A DNA stretch of 64,000 nucleotides from Phoronis australis (GCA_002633005.1 NMRA01000558.1:134441-198440), one strand, 5' to 3'. Shown: positions 37,791-51,262, numbered from the stretch's first letter. Program-made: numbers and translations. Notes: generated from the sequence alone by a model not told the origin.

Positions 37791-40700
37791 CTGGAACATA
37801 GCAAAATACGTTATGGTGTTCGTAACAAAAATAATGTATTTAAAAGTCGAAACTTGTTTTCAAGTGCGTCTTGAGGCGGAAACTGTAGCAAAAGCTCTTT
37901 CAATTGTGCGACCTGTGAGTTGCGAAACGGGTGTTTATTGCTGGGAATTTCCAATTAAGATCACTGTTTGGTTTACCCTCTTTAAAATAATACTAAACCC
38001 TGTTTTGGTGAACCAATCCTCGTTCCGTCAAAGCTGAAGTGTTCTCTCACTTGAGGGATGAAAGTAGGATTCAAATAAAACAATAAATTACTTAGTCAAG
38101 AAATGTGATTTACTGAGGGTTCCTGATGGGTGGATCTTCCCCACAGCTCTCGTATAACTCACAGGTTTTGTACGAAGCTTTCCCACAAATTGTGCATATG
38201 GCGCGGGTCACTGAGCCGGTATTATTTTGTTTTAGAGAGTTTGAGGAGGAAGTCGTTTTTAATACTTTGTCTCGACACTAAAACAGGGTTTTAACAAAAG
38301 GTTTGTGATCGTGGTCAATAAGACTTGTTCCGTTTATTACCTCCACTTGGTTTTGTGTAGTTGTGCACAAAATGTATTGAGTGCACCTGCAAATTCCCGC
38401 GTCTATGCTTATAGGCCCACAGTCGAGTATGTCCTATTTATGTTCGAATGTAAGGACACGGTCACTATTCCGAAACGTTGAATTTTTGAAATTTTCCCAG
38501 AAAATCCTTTATTTCATCTTTTATCACGAGCCCTGAAGGATTCCCGGACAAGGGTAGTATCTTTTAGAATCACGTGTAACTCTCAATGGTAGTTATGAAA
38601 CGTCAAGTGGTGTGAAAAGAAAACGCTTAAAATTTACCTTGATATAAATCACAATTAAAGCAATCGCTGCAATCCAACCAATGACACCAAACACAATGGC
38701 GGTGATGGTCCACCCCCATGCGCACGACCTCTTGCGACCAATGTTTAGGTTATCACCCGTCTTGTGGTCAATGTAAGCCAATACGCTATAGATCATGCCA
38801 AGGATACCGCACGTGCAATTGCACAAGCAGAAGCTAAATACGGCTGTTCCGAATTGGCACCTGAAACGATAGGAATATCTAACTATAGCTCATCGGGAGT
38901 AGCAGAGCATGTGCGGACAAAACAATATAATACCCATTGGGGTAACATCCGGATATCTGAGAGGAAAAAAGGCTGGACCAAAAAAGATGAAGGAAGTCGT
39001 GCTCATGAAGCTATGCCGGTAACGTCTAAACTCAGCCCAGCAAGCAGCCAAGTGAAACTTGACTACAAGTCCTAAGATATTAGTATACTTTGGTGGTGTA
39101 GTGGTTAAAGTACTGGAGTTACTATCTCAAAGCATGTAAAACTGCAGTCCCGGAATGCCAACGGCGATCTCGCGATGGTTATGCAGGTTGCGCCGCCGCG
39201 CATACGTGGCATTTGCCAGCATTCGTTTGTTCCGGTGTTGGTTCTTGGTACGGAATTTTTAAATCAAAATATCACTAAAAAAACTTTTCGCAACTCCGCC
39301 GGTTTTCAACGTAATTGCACACGAGTCGTATTATTGGAACTTGAAAGCCTTTCATCAGTTCTTCATGGTGTATGATTATACCAGAAGCGAACTATAAACA
39401 ATGTGAGTCATGAATAATTATCACTTCTCACTTCTCATACGTGACAGGTTTAATAATATTTTTAATTATAAAATCCAAGTTTTGCCAAAATGCGAAAATT
39501 ATCAGAGTGTAATAGTAACATAAAAAAGGAAATGAAACACAGAGGTTACATAAACGACTTTTTCAACCAGCATGGAGATAATTTCAATGATTCAAAAGAT
39601 TTCGACCCTATCAAGTCAAAGATTTTACAATACAGGTCCCTCACAGTTGCTTTGAAAAATTTATACAGGCATTCATCCAAAATTATTCATCTGCATACAT
39701 GTACATTAATCGGACCTTTGATGCAGTTTGATATAAATCTTCAGTAAAAATTTAGAGTGTAGTGACATTGACAAAATTGTGATCAGATAATTAATCCAAC
39801 TGGCTATCCGAATTTTTCAGAAAGATGCTTTTTGATAGATAAAAAATGAGCAAACACCTATAGTAGTTTTAAAATGTACTGCTCATTACATAGGCTGTAG
39901 CTTAGGGCTTTCCATAGTATTAATTATAAATAAACTCATTTCTTCATGATAAAGTAACAATTAGTGATCATGTGTGTGTGTCACCTTGAACAAGAGACAT
40001 TGGAACACATGTTTACGATTGTTATGTTACTAAAGAAAGTGGACTCTGGGAAATAACAATATACATGGCAAATAGACAATGTTATTTTCAACACCTGTTG
40101 CATAGTTGTCAACATTCGCGAATGAAACAATATGACAACTGGATGAAAATCGGAAATTCACTAACCTGTCAGACAGCGGTCGGATAGCGTTCAGTAGATG
40201 TCTCTGGAGTAGAAAAATCTAGCCAAAATCACGTGCCAGTCTCATTTAATATACACGGCAACATCTCGCGTAATCTCTCTAAATACTGCTTTTTAGCAAG
40301 GTTCTAGAATTACGTAACTCTACTACCCTGGGCAGAATTCAGTAATGCTAGGACGTCACTAAGAAGCAAGATTACGCGAGACCTTGTGTAGCTTCAATGA
40401 GGCTGGCACGGGATTTAGGATAGACTATTTTAGCCGCTGGAGAGCTATTAAACTATACTCCGGTTGCTTTCTGGCGGGTAAATTGCAACTTTGCGCGGCT
40501 ATTTCGAAAATCAGCTAAAATGGCGGCAGCTAACCTGATTAGTCATTCTCATCGCCTTTGCTCTAATATTAGAATACATGCGTCACGTGTGGAAGTTGGC
40601 ATTACACGACTAGAGTTCGACTTTGCTTGAAGAACTCACAGTACACATAAATCCGCTATCTCGAACGCCTTTGTGTAATACCATAATATTCAACTCACCT

Positions 40701-41095
40701 TTGCAGCACTTTATATCTAAAAAGTTGGAAAATTCAATCGCGATGTGCGTTTACATGCACTTTTGTTGTTGAATTTGTGATTTTAAGTAAATTGATATTT
40801 TTGCTGTCGAGTTTGTATTGTTTTTAATATTATTTTAATGATTTATTACTATTTGTAACAGACTATTATGTTATTATAAGAACTATAAATGTTCATTCTA
40901 TTTTAATAATAATAATAATAATAGTGACAATGATAATGATAACAATAACAATAATGATTTTAATAATAGTAATATTATGTGTTCATTAGGTCAACAGGTG
41001 GCGTGCAGATCATACTAAAATATTTGGGATCCATATTTCCACGCCAGTTCAAAGTTTACACATTCATAAATATTTTATTCTTATTACTATCGTTT

Positions 41096-41141
<46 letters not shown>

Positions 41142-43001
41142 GGTTGTTGTTGTTGTTGTTGTGCTTGTTGCTGTTCATTATCACGCCGTTACTGTAATAT
41201 GCGCCAACTCGTGAAGCCACACCTAATTGCGGGCCTTACATGTACACACACATGCAGCTCGGGAAACAGTGTCTCGGTGACAAGGAACACGTGCAGAGAT
41301 AATTTGGATTGACGACTTTATGAGCAGGTATAACTGAATATTGCTACATAAAATTAACCTTGCGGAGTTGGAATTACATTGCAATTGAAAAAAAAAAATC
41401 TGGTCGTTTAATTATCGTGCCTCAAACCAATTAGCCGTTTAATTCTGAAAGAGTTAACGCGAGTATCATTTTTGCCATTAAAACTGTATTTCTATGGCTC
41501 CCCATGATATCCAGCATAGGAATGTATGACGTCACAATCATACTTGCATAGCACTTGACAAATCTTATGTGTTCATCCTCGATACCGATTGTGACACCAT
41601 TACTAGTTAGAGTTAAACAGCGTCCTACATTATCAACAGTTTTTTTTTCATTTTGAAGAAAGTTTTGATCAAAAAATTTTCTTTTAAATTGTTGGAACAC
41701 ATTTTTCTGTTCACAAATGTGACTTCACATCTAGCACGAAAATACTTAGTAATGGTTGATTTATTAGAGTTTCTGGTATGACAAGAGTGGGGGATTCTGG
41801 TAGTCAAACAAATTACGCGTAGGTATGAACGTTATGAACAGACAACTTACACTGTAGTTGTGACACCTGGAGAAATGGCGATATGTGTGGTTCTGAACTA
41901 ATGCATATAATTTCATTTTTTAAATATTTTTAGGAATTCACAGACTATTGCGTTAACTAAATGCAGATTTGTCACACTGAACATTGCAATTTACGAATAA
42001 GTACTGTTATTTGATGTTGCAGTGACGCTAAAGTAATCCTAACATGCCTCGACTTTGTCATTTGCCACAGTCGTGCAAGTCATGAAGAACGCTTACGGTA
42101 GCCTTAAGTTACGGCTGGTCGTAACGTAAGGTGACCTCGAGTTAGTCACCCCTCGACTGAAAATCTAAAGTTCATTAGTTCGATCCCAGCTTGCGACAAG
42201 AAAAATTTGCTCATAATTGACCACCAGCCTGTACCATATACCCGGGTCTTCTAAGAACGCTGTAACACCTGAAGATGGACGGGGAAATGACTCACTGAAA
42301 CATCGCGCCAATGTATAAACCAATGGAATTTGGAATGATGTTATCAATGCGTACAGTACATGTCAATAAATTAGATTAGATAAAGCCTATCTCTGACCTG
42401 AATTGTTTAACATTGGCGGTCACATCGCGGACTGTTCAAGATTATGTTGATCCGCTGGATACTGTATGATTTGCAATGAAGTCAAGAAGGCCTGTCGTTT
42501 TTCGATGAAATTACACTGTTTCGAAACCTTCTCGGCAATCTACTTATGATCTTGTAATGACAAAAATTCACGGTTATGTTTGTAAGATCATTTATATTAC
42601 AGATGGTGTGTAAAAGGTGTTGAGTTTCATTTTAGTGTTGGATAATTTTGTAAAGTTGCTAAAAAAAGTGGCATTATATCGTGCGTACTGAGCAACACAA
42701 ACGCGTTTGTATAATTTGATAGTGCAGTTGGTTAGCACATGGATATTACACACTTTTTTGTCTTAGCATGGTAAGGTTCACTGTTCTGCTCGTTGACTAC
42801 AGGAAACCATACCGAAAAGTAGTTGAAAATTATGCATTAGGTTACTCTTTACCATGAGAATGGTCTCTTGACTGTAGTTATGGTGTAGTCTGCCATCTGA
42901 ACCGCTGTGTGGTGGCCGGTTGACTGGGCTGGTTGAGAGTTAGCGAACACCACGTGCCTGTTCGGTTCCAGTTCGTAGGTACTTGAGGATATTAACGCCA
43001 T
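37740..43001 (-). CDS. CD225/dispanin family (IFITM/PRRT-like) membrane protein, 140 aa, 3 coding exons
   Basis: Exons 43001-42853 (MALISSSTYELEPNRHVVF...KRPFS), 38860-38638 (WCQFGTAVFSFCLCNCTCGILGMIYSVLAYIDHKTGDNLNIGRKRSCAWGWTITAIVFGVIGWIAAIALIVIYIK) and 37790-37740 (VIEDLINGNTGGSYIG*). Phases 2 and 0 are consistent. Cys cluster, G-x-x-(A/G)-x-x-YS, GD loop and second hydrophobic helix fit the CD225 pattern. Confidence 0.8.
38638..38860 (-). CDS. CD225-domain exon of the dispanin gene
   Basis: TTTCAG acceptor, AAG|GTAAAT donor, two hydrophobic segments. Confidence 0.85.
40164..40480. mobile_element. Palindrome formed by two inverted copies of MITE family C, in the dispanin intron
   Basis: Left arm AAATCACGTGCCAGTCTCATT...TCTCGCGTAATCT...TGCTTTTTAG mirrors right arm CTAAGAAGCAAGATTACGCGAGA...AATGAGGCTGGCACGGGATTT. 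Confidence 0.7.
40904..40978. repeat. Degenerate (AAT)n microsatellite
   Basis: Read directly. Confidence 0.85.
41096..41170. repeat. (TTG)n microsatellite
   Basis: Read directly; source of the poly-Leu spurious ORF. Confidence 0.97.
42853..43001 (-). CDS. First coding exon of the dispanin gene
   Basis: AAAAATGGCG start context; acceptor at 43023-43022; TG|GTAAAG donor joins G of the next exon to give TGG. Confidence 0.7.
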
Positions 43002-43801
43002 TTTTTATTCTTAAATACTTCCTGAAGAGAAATGCCAATTAGAAGTGTATTCGTTACTGTCTGATTTTAACGTGTTTTTCGCAACTCTGCTCACTAGCGA
43101 GGCTATGCGTTTAGCCTTATATCTCCATAACTTGTCTAAGTTGTTCATATAAAAATACTCGAGATGAAATCTCAATGCGTTGTTACAGTTTTCTTTCTCT
43201 CTGGCTTTTTCAAGCAGCTTTTGATTTTTCTTACAAAAGTAAATGACCCAGTATTCTACATACCACATTGTGCAACATTTTGAAAGCAAACCTCGATCTC
43301 TTCAGAGAATACGAATCATAGTATTTGAACATTTCCTTTGAATATGACCTGCCATTTTTGAGAGAGATGTCTCGGACATTTCCAACGTTACACGTTACCT
43401 TGAGGAGCCAATGAGATTGTTTGCAAATGCTACGTAATCATCGTTTATATGCTGAAAATTCGCTAATGAAATAATCCTTAGACGTGAAAATGCCCTTACA
43501 TGTTTTACTGAATTTTGTTAAGTGCCAAAAACAGTGACATTTCGTCTTATCTACTTCAACTTAAAATTACTGCCTACATGTACATATTGATATCTTTTTG
43601 TTATGATCAATTTCCATTCTGCTACAACGCTTCAAGACAGTGAAGAGATGTTACTTGGTGAGGAATAACACTAGGCCGAATAACGATGAATCCAGCTAAA
43701 AACAGTTTGATTTAAATTTTACCCAAAAGTACTATTTCTCTTTGTAGAACTCGCATCCCGCAACCTGTAACGCGTCAAACATCGTTGTATTTTGCACTTA
43801 C

Positions 43802-43986
43802 CGGTTTTCCTCTCAACCACCAAGCAAAACTGTCTACGTACCTCGAAGAAAAGAATCGCTATTAAGGTGAATTAATCACGTACGTGTTCTACAGCCGAGA
43901 TACAAAGCCAATGTGAGCGTATTTCGAAGAAAAAACAACGGGAATTATCAAGTGCGTGTTTTACAAACGCAAACTGTGTTTTATAA
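43802..43986 (-). promoter_or_regulatory. Candidate TATA box and non-coding first exon of the dispanin gene
   Basis: TATAAAA on the minus strand near 43985-43979; strong donor CCG|GTAAGT at 43801. Confidence 0.35.
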
Positions 43987-46741
43987 TCACGATAAGCTTG
44001 TCCGCTTTTCAGTATCTAAAGGTAAATGATAAGGCGAGTTTCTGATAAAAATACATCCTTAGAGGTGCAGTATACCTACGGGGAACAGCGGTCAACCAGT
44101 AGATGTTCACGGAGCCTCTTTTTTGGTTCACTGGAAAATTTTGAAACTAATTCAAAATGGGGAAATAGTTTATCACGAAGTTCTACCCCATTTACATGCA
44201 CAGCAATGATTATGTACGACATGTATATATATCCCCAGATGGAAAATCAAACACTCTTAAATGAAAAAGATAGGGACCAGCTGCGTAGGAAATCCAAACA
44301 TATTTGACTTTGTACCGGTCAACTTTCTTGATATCGAGTATTAAACTTAATGCGTAGTTTGGCCCTTGGGTTTTGTTCTTGGTAATGTCTTTGAATTGTG
44401 TACAAGTACAAGTCACCTGTCCGATATAAGCCGCTAATGGCCTTGCGCCAAACCAACTAAGCTTTAAGGCTACAAATATAGCTTCGTATTGTTGTGGGTA
44501 AAAATGGCCAAATAAAAATCTGAGGGACATGTAATGTCATTAAAAGTTAAATCATTCATTGCGTAAATTAAATTATTTACCCGATGCTTGAAAAATTGCC
44601 GCCCCACCATTATTCTGCTTCTAAAATTATGGAGCGATCCTATATGTCGGCTGTCGACGCCATGAATTATAGCATTTAGTATGAGTTAACTGTTAATTTT
44701 TCAATCAAATGATCTTCCTCAAAGTTGCGTACATGTCACAGCAAATTATCGGAACTAGATTAATTTTGTTATAAGTTTTGTAGTATTTTGATGCCAAGAA
44801 ACCAAAATGGAATTCAGTTAAGACCTAATATTGCTTTGGCCAAGATGTCATCATCTCCCGAAAAATGTCGCAATTTAAAGTAAAATACCCTTGAGCGTGT
44901 TTCACCCGTGTAATCTTTTTTAAGTAGTCGGTAGAGTTTGTTACAAAAGCAAGAGAATTTTATGTAACAAAATGACGTGAATTGGATTTTGTTGCTCAAA
45001 CGGATATCATGACGGGCAATGTGTCTCATTGTCGCCTGACTCCCGAGCAATGCAGCTCCGACGGTCGTGAGCTCTACTTTTTCATGTAAGTTTAATAACG
45101 AGTGGCTGATTCTGACCTCACCACTGGCCCTTATTTTCCCAGCTGTCGCTGACTTGTGAAAAAATTTAGGCATAACTGACAGAAAGTACACTCTATGTGG
45201 TTTGTCCGATTTTATTTGCCAAATTCAAACTTGTGAAGTGCATTTGCTTTAAAATCAGAGAATAGAAAATATGTGCAGTGTATTGGAAAAATACACGCAT
45301 AGGTGAAAACTCAAGGAAATTAAGAAAAAATTCGGGCAGTAACACCGATGAAAATTACGCCACGGAAACTTATAATAAGTGCGAGGTGACTACTCGGCGG
45401 TGACCGTGTGGACGCACATGTACATGTAGGCAATTGGAGTGTGGCAGTTACAGATGCTGCATGATTTTGTCCAGGGAGGTGGGTGTCCGGGAAGTCATAG
45501 GATGGGCCTGGTGAAAGAACCAGTAAAACATTATGGCCTATATCAAAATACATAACAAGAGACTGAAGCCAAAACCTAAATCCATGAGCTCCATTCTGAC
45601 CACAGTATAACCACAGAGAGCGAGAAGTGACAATTTACTTTCTTTCCCAACTGATGGGCGCCGCAGTGTTACGCATATTACCACTCAATGTTTTGAGACT
45701 TAATTGAAAATAATGTCACTTGGGAGTATCACAATTACGTTGAACCCGTCTGAAAATCCACGCCAGTCGTGCTCATGTCAGTTTGAACACATCTGCAAAA
45801 TTCCATAAAGTTCTCTGAGTGGTTTGTCCGCTACAGAAGCAAACCATTTTTATATTGTCCTTATCTTTGAATTTTTTGTTTCTCTCTCGTTTCACTTTAG
45901 ATTGCGTACCCTGCTTGTTGTGCTCTAGCTTACCTGTTAGTTTCATTGACTTTAAGTTCGTTATTTCTCCCTTCTTTTTCCGTCATTTATCTACTTTTCT
46001 TTCCGCTACGACACGGGGTGAGACAACACCGGCACCTGTTCCAACCCTGGCAATCGACGTACCGCCCCCTCACGTTTGGCACCCGGAGTTAGGGTTGGGT
46101 ATCCGGCTGACAGCGTTTGTAAGTAGTCCTGCACACTTTTCTGTTCATTTCTCTCCCTTCGTGCGTCCCTGCGGATGGGCATGAGCTGTCTTACAACATC
46201 TCTTGTGGCGCTTTTTATTGCCCATCTTACCAGAGATTACCTATTATACGTTATTTACCAGTATTCATTTTATTGTAATTGTACTAGTCATAATAAATGA
46301 CCTTATATCGCCCACCTTTTCATCTCTGGTAACGAGTTTGCGACGCACGTATCATTTATCTATTATTCGGGACATATGTCGATCATAAAATAATTGACAT
46401 AGCCACTAGGTGGCGCAAAACACGTTGAATCCATCGTGATTTGTAAATATAAACGTGTTTCCAAATTTCATGAAAAAAAACATCAAGGAAGCCACAAGAG
46501 ATAAAGGGAAAGGTAAAAAATAAGATTGCTGCTGGGGGACATAGCTGTAGTCAGCGCCGTCTAAAGTCTTGGGCAGCAACTGTCACTCACATCACTACTT
46601 AAGAAATCACCAGCAACAGTTCAGTCACAAACATCCTGCAAAGAAGTCAGGAGCTGCAACCATGGTCGCAAAAACTAAAAAAAAACCAAACGAGGACGCC
46701 ACAGGTATGAGATCTGTCCCACAGTGAATGTCTAGCAAGTG

Positions 46742-48263
46742 CAGTCGAAATAGACGTGAGCGCTGAATGTTTCGAATCTGTAACAAGGATTGAGAAAACG
46801 CGAGATTACCATTAGGGGCTAAAATATAAGTGGTCCACCATCGTTGGCCTCTGGTGCAGCGTTAGTAATCCTTATCAACAACTTGTCAATTGATAGTCAG
46901 TGTCCTCATGAATGATTGCCACAATGCAGTTCTCTTTTAAAGACACTCTCTCTCTTTTCGCCAGTTTAAAACACAGAAAGAGATTCGTCATTCCATGAAA
47001 ATTCCAGGAAAATTGGACAATTTCGTATATTACGGTACTGCATATATTTGCGTTCGTATTTGCTGGATGTGAACGGTCGGCGCTGTTCAACTCTGGCGAC
47101 TTTGTTTTTGCACGACAACCGTGACCATCAATTACTTCGAAAATTCAGTTATTTTAAGTTAATTCTTACTAGTTGAAAGCATTTCATTGCATGTTGAAAG
47201 GGAATTATTTGGGAGTTAGTTTAAAATAGATTGGTTTGAGGTGAAATTCCTGTTATGAGGTTTTTTACTGAGAAGGAGGATGAGAGTATGGACATTTTGC
47301 TGTCGGTGAAACCTCGGTAACGTTTTCATGTTTATCAATTGGATGTTGTGCTTCCCGAATTCCTTCTTGTTTCTGTTGAATTTTCAATGTTCCGTATTTC
47401 TTGCCGGTGTCAATATCTTCCCCAGCTGCATGATTTAATTACGCTCATACTTTCATTTTTAACTCAGCATGCAACAGTTAAAACACATAGTCGGTCCAAA
47501 ACCCGGAATTTTCTCTGTAGATTCGCAGTCTCCAAATGCAATGACCGCCTCGCTATTGTGACCCCTTCATTGTGCGTTTCCTCCGTAAAAATTACCTCAA
47601 AACAAAAGATGCTGGAAGCTCCATGGCTCTGCTCGATGAGTACGTCCAGTTGAAATGTGTATCGAGAAAGCTCACGGTGATTTGCATCTCAGTAAATAAA
47701 CATGGAGTATCAAAAACGTGAACTTTCTCCTTTAACGAACAGAAATGTTGCGTAACCTGCTACACGTACATGTATTTCAGTCAAAAGCATTTCCAAAAGA
47801 GTCAAACATTTCTTCTCAATCAAATTTCCTGAACACAAACTGGGAAGCAGTCTTGTGGCAAAAGCGGAACATTTTAAAAATTATCTCTTGCTTTTTAAAA
47901 AAACAGTGCATGAATAATCATCTCATTTGAATGTTTTATTTGAATCCGCTCAGCTTTCTGACATATGAACTCCAACAGTCGAACTTCGTCATCAAGTCTT
48001 GCTCACAGTTTATTTTAGTGACTCCTCACGACCTATATGTGCACAATAGGCTTGCATAATATGGTCGCACCATTATAACTCTTCTCTCCCCTGGACGTAT
48101 TGATCATCCCGCTCATCCAATCCGCGCACAGCAAGGCGTTAATAGACTTGTTCAATGAGCCTTTTGGTAGCCAGGATAGAGTCGTTAGCGAGTACAGTCG
48201 AAATAGACGTGAGCGCTGACCGTTTCGAATCCGTAGCACGGATTGACAAAACGCGAGATTACC
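46742..48263. repeat. 69-bp direct repeat pair (46742-46810 and 48195-48263)
   Basis: 63/69 identical by eye (CAGTCGAAATAGACGTGAGCGCTGA...AAAACGCGAGATTACC). Confidence 0.85.
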
Positions 48264-49960
48264 TTTAGCTTCCTTCAACATTAGCATCAGGTGAGTCTGT
48301 TTTGGCGCGCTTTTTTTGGTGAAAAAGCAACAAAACAGGACCGACTGGGGATTTCGCCCCAAGGTGTGACCTGCACAAGTCATCCTGTTTAAATTACATA
48401 CAGGGTGAAACCCAGTGGTCCCTGTGTTCAAATTCCTTCGAATAACCTTAACAGGCGCTGGACAAAAGTAACCTTGCGTCATGGTTCCCTTGCTACTACT
48501 TTTAAATTGTAACGTGCAGGCTAATTCCACATCTCTCCGTGACAGCATGCTTGGTCAAATTAGTTAGAAATACAAGATATGGTGACAATGCGATTATGAA
48601 GTACGTCGAAAATTGCCAAATGTTTTTAAGAACGAGTTTTGTGTCGAAAATGATCCGCCGTAAATTACTCAACCATGTCCAGTAAGCATCGTGCCGCGGT
48701 GTTGAAGAGTTTTTGCTTTGTCGGCTCTAACTCTGTTGTTTGTATTTTCACACTAAAATAACTAGAGCTGGAGATTTGATCCCTAGGTTAGAATTGTTAG
48801 AACTCTGTAGCCACTTATCGGCAACTTTGTGTATTTAGCATTTCCAAAACTGAGAAGTTTAATTCTGTAAAGGTATGCATTTTCTGAAAATAGTAAGCCT
48901 GTAAAATTTGTCGTTTGACTTTTCACCAATCTGCCCCTAAATGGTCACATGATTATGGATTCTTAATAAAATTCAACAAAAGAGAAAGGTACGCTGATAG
49001 CGAAAGTACGGTGTCAATATCATGACCAAAGTTTGTTCAATACAATTGTTCAAGATGAAATCTCAAAAATGCTGTTGCAGTTATCTAAGCGATCATTTCG
49101 TTTTTGCTTTACAAAACTTTTGATTTTTTCATGAAAATCATGAAAATTCTATTTTTGATAGCCCGACTCATAAAAGAGGTGACAATTTTGAAAACACTTC
49201 CTAGATATGTTTTAGAGAGCACTGCGCAAAGTGCATCATCTAAAAGTTTCACGTGAGTCCGATCACTCGTTTTTAGATATGTCAACCAAACTTGGACATT
49301 TTTCTAGCGTCTTACATTACATTAAAAAGAACTTCGATATCGTCTACAGCTTCAAATTGCTTTCCAAAAGCAATATGGATGCCTTCAGTAGTAACTTTTT
49401 CGGTTGACTTAATCTCTATACATTAGTCGAATTCGGTACATGTATGTGCATATTGAACTGACAGTACGTGTACTGTATTATTGGACGGTAAGGCGTACGG
49501 AAACACCGTTAGGACAATGTACTATACCCTAGAGGTTGCATGCACGTGCCAGTTTTGACGTGAAGACTGACCACCAGCTCTATCGTTGAATAAGAGCGGT
49601 TGTGCTACTTGAAAGGTGGTCATGTCCTGATACAAGCCCTTTTGGAGGTTTCAGTGTTTTATATTAACTGTTTATTTCATTTCATAATGGTAGATGGCAA
49701 ATGTACAAGTACAATACCAATTGGCATTGCACCGCGGCTTGACTGTTCAATCTACATTTATTTTCCTTGAGCACAAGTTAAATCAAATGATGTCCATTTG
49801 AGAAAATCTATAGTGCTCTAATTTTATAATTACCGCTTGCCAGAATGAAAAATGCACTATCTTGCAACAGCATATACACCATAATTGACCTATTTTATTG
49901 GTTTCGACAGGCCATCTACAGCAATGCATTGTGTATCTCATGGTATGTTACAGTTATACA

Positions 49961-50067
49961 ATGGGGGAAGCCGAAGTGAACCCAGTTTACGAGCCGCTGC
50001 ATATTACAAGACCCCAAACGGATGGGAAGAAGGAGCAATCCGATTACAGCAACTCACACAAAACCAG
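49961..50067 (+). CDS. Candidate first coding exon of an unknown gene (MGEAEVNPVYEPLHITRPQTDGKKEQSDYSNSHKT)
   Basis: ACAATGG start context just after a TTACAG acceptor; CAG|GTACTT donor; hydrophilic open frame. Confidence 0.3.
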
Positions 50068-50190
50068 GTACTTAGGATTGTCGTAGGATGAAGCAGTTAT
50101 AGTGTTGAAAAGCACTTAAAAGTTGTTCGCTAAAGACTCGTTAGACATGTTTGTATGTCGTTGCTGGAACGAAGAAGTAGGTGCAAAAAC

Positions 50191-50312
50191 CTGGCGTGCG
50201 TTCAGTAGACGCTAGGACCTAAACTAAAACCTAGTCAAAGTCACGTGTTCTCACGTAATCTCGCGAAGTCTTGCTTTTTAGCGAGGTCCTAGAGTTACTG
50301 AACGGGAGGCAG
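50191..50312 (+). mobile_element. MITE family C copy
   Basis: GGCGTGCGTTCAGTA...TACTGAACGGGAGGC termini; inverted partner at 50832-50985. Confidence 0.75.
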
Positions 50313-50831
50313 ACTTTGGTGTGTACCTAGGCTCACGAATCACCTGCAGGTGATCAGTGCAAACAGCGGAAGATGGCAAAATGAGTGTCAAGCGAGATAG
50401 ACCACGCCCATTTATTCTCTATTATTAAATAAAAGATGTCGTGGCGTTTTTTTCTAAGTTTTAGAAAAGATGTTCAGCTGATCTTTCGCTCTGGCGGTGA
50501 GACTGTGATATTTATCTCTTTTCAAAACAACTGGAGTCCCATGCATTAAGTTTTCAGCATGCATTCAAAAGCAAATAACAGTCGGTTTGCAAAAGTGGAT
50601 ACAGAAAAGAGAGGTGACTGCTTTTATAAAACCTGAACAAATATTTGATTATATCTGGCTTTAGCTTCCGCATAGCTGAAAGTTTTGTATTGAGTTAAGT
50701 TCGATGGCTTCATTCTAGTCAAGTTCGCGTTGGATGCGACGGACAGCAAAGTTTAAATGGTGCTGAAAATCCTTTTTCAAAAGTTCATTGGCATTATTGG
50801 TTGAAAGGCAGTGGCAACAGAAGGGCGGCCA

Positions 50832-50985
50832 GCCTCCCGTTCAGTAACGATAGAACCTCGCTAAAAAGCAAGACTTCGCCAGATTACGTGAGATATTGCT
50901 GTATATTTTAAATAGAAACACGTGACTCTGTCTAGATTTAAGCTAGGTCCTAGCGTAGGTCCTAGCGTTACTGAACGCACGCCTG
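50832..50985 (-). mobile_element. MITE family C copy (inverted)
   Basis: GCCTCCCGTTCAGTAAC...CCTCGCTAAAAAGCAAGACTTCG...TACTGAACGCACGCC. Confidence 0.75.
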
Positions 50986-51069
50986 TTCTGGTGGCTCAGT
51001 GTGATTTCCTAATACTGGCATGTATTTGAAAGCAAGTTACGTGCATGTACTGGTACTCTGCCAAAAAGA

Positions 51070-51262
51070 CCATGGGCCGGTTACAAGAAAACTGACTTAG
51101 ACAAGACAAATCATGAATTTCAACCAATTTTAAGATAAAACTTGTCTGAAGTCCTTTCCAAGAATGGGGTCTTAAGTTTGACTTAAGTTTATGACTTAAC
51201 GTTTGTCTTAATTTTGACTAACCTGGATGAACGAAAGTCATTTTTTTGTAACGGGTCCCAGG
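51070..51262. mobile_element. Small TIR element (Harbinger-type MITE)
   Basis: TGGGCCGGTTACAAGAAAACTGACTT vs AAGTCATTTTTTTTGTAACGGGTCCCA. Confidence 0.55.

Noticed and set aside
40979-41197. Poly-Leu transmembrane-looking ORF
   Set aside because: It is the (TTG)n microsatellite.
48033-48548. 171-aa minus-strand ORF
   Set aside because: Composition is not convincingly protein-like and no motif was recognised; only the overlapping direct repeat is supported.
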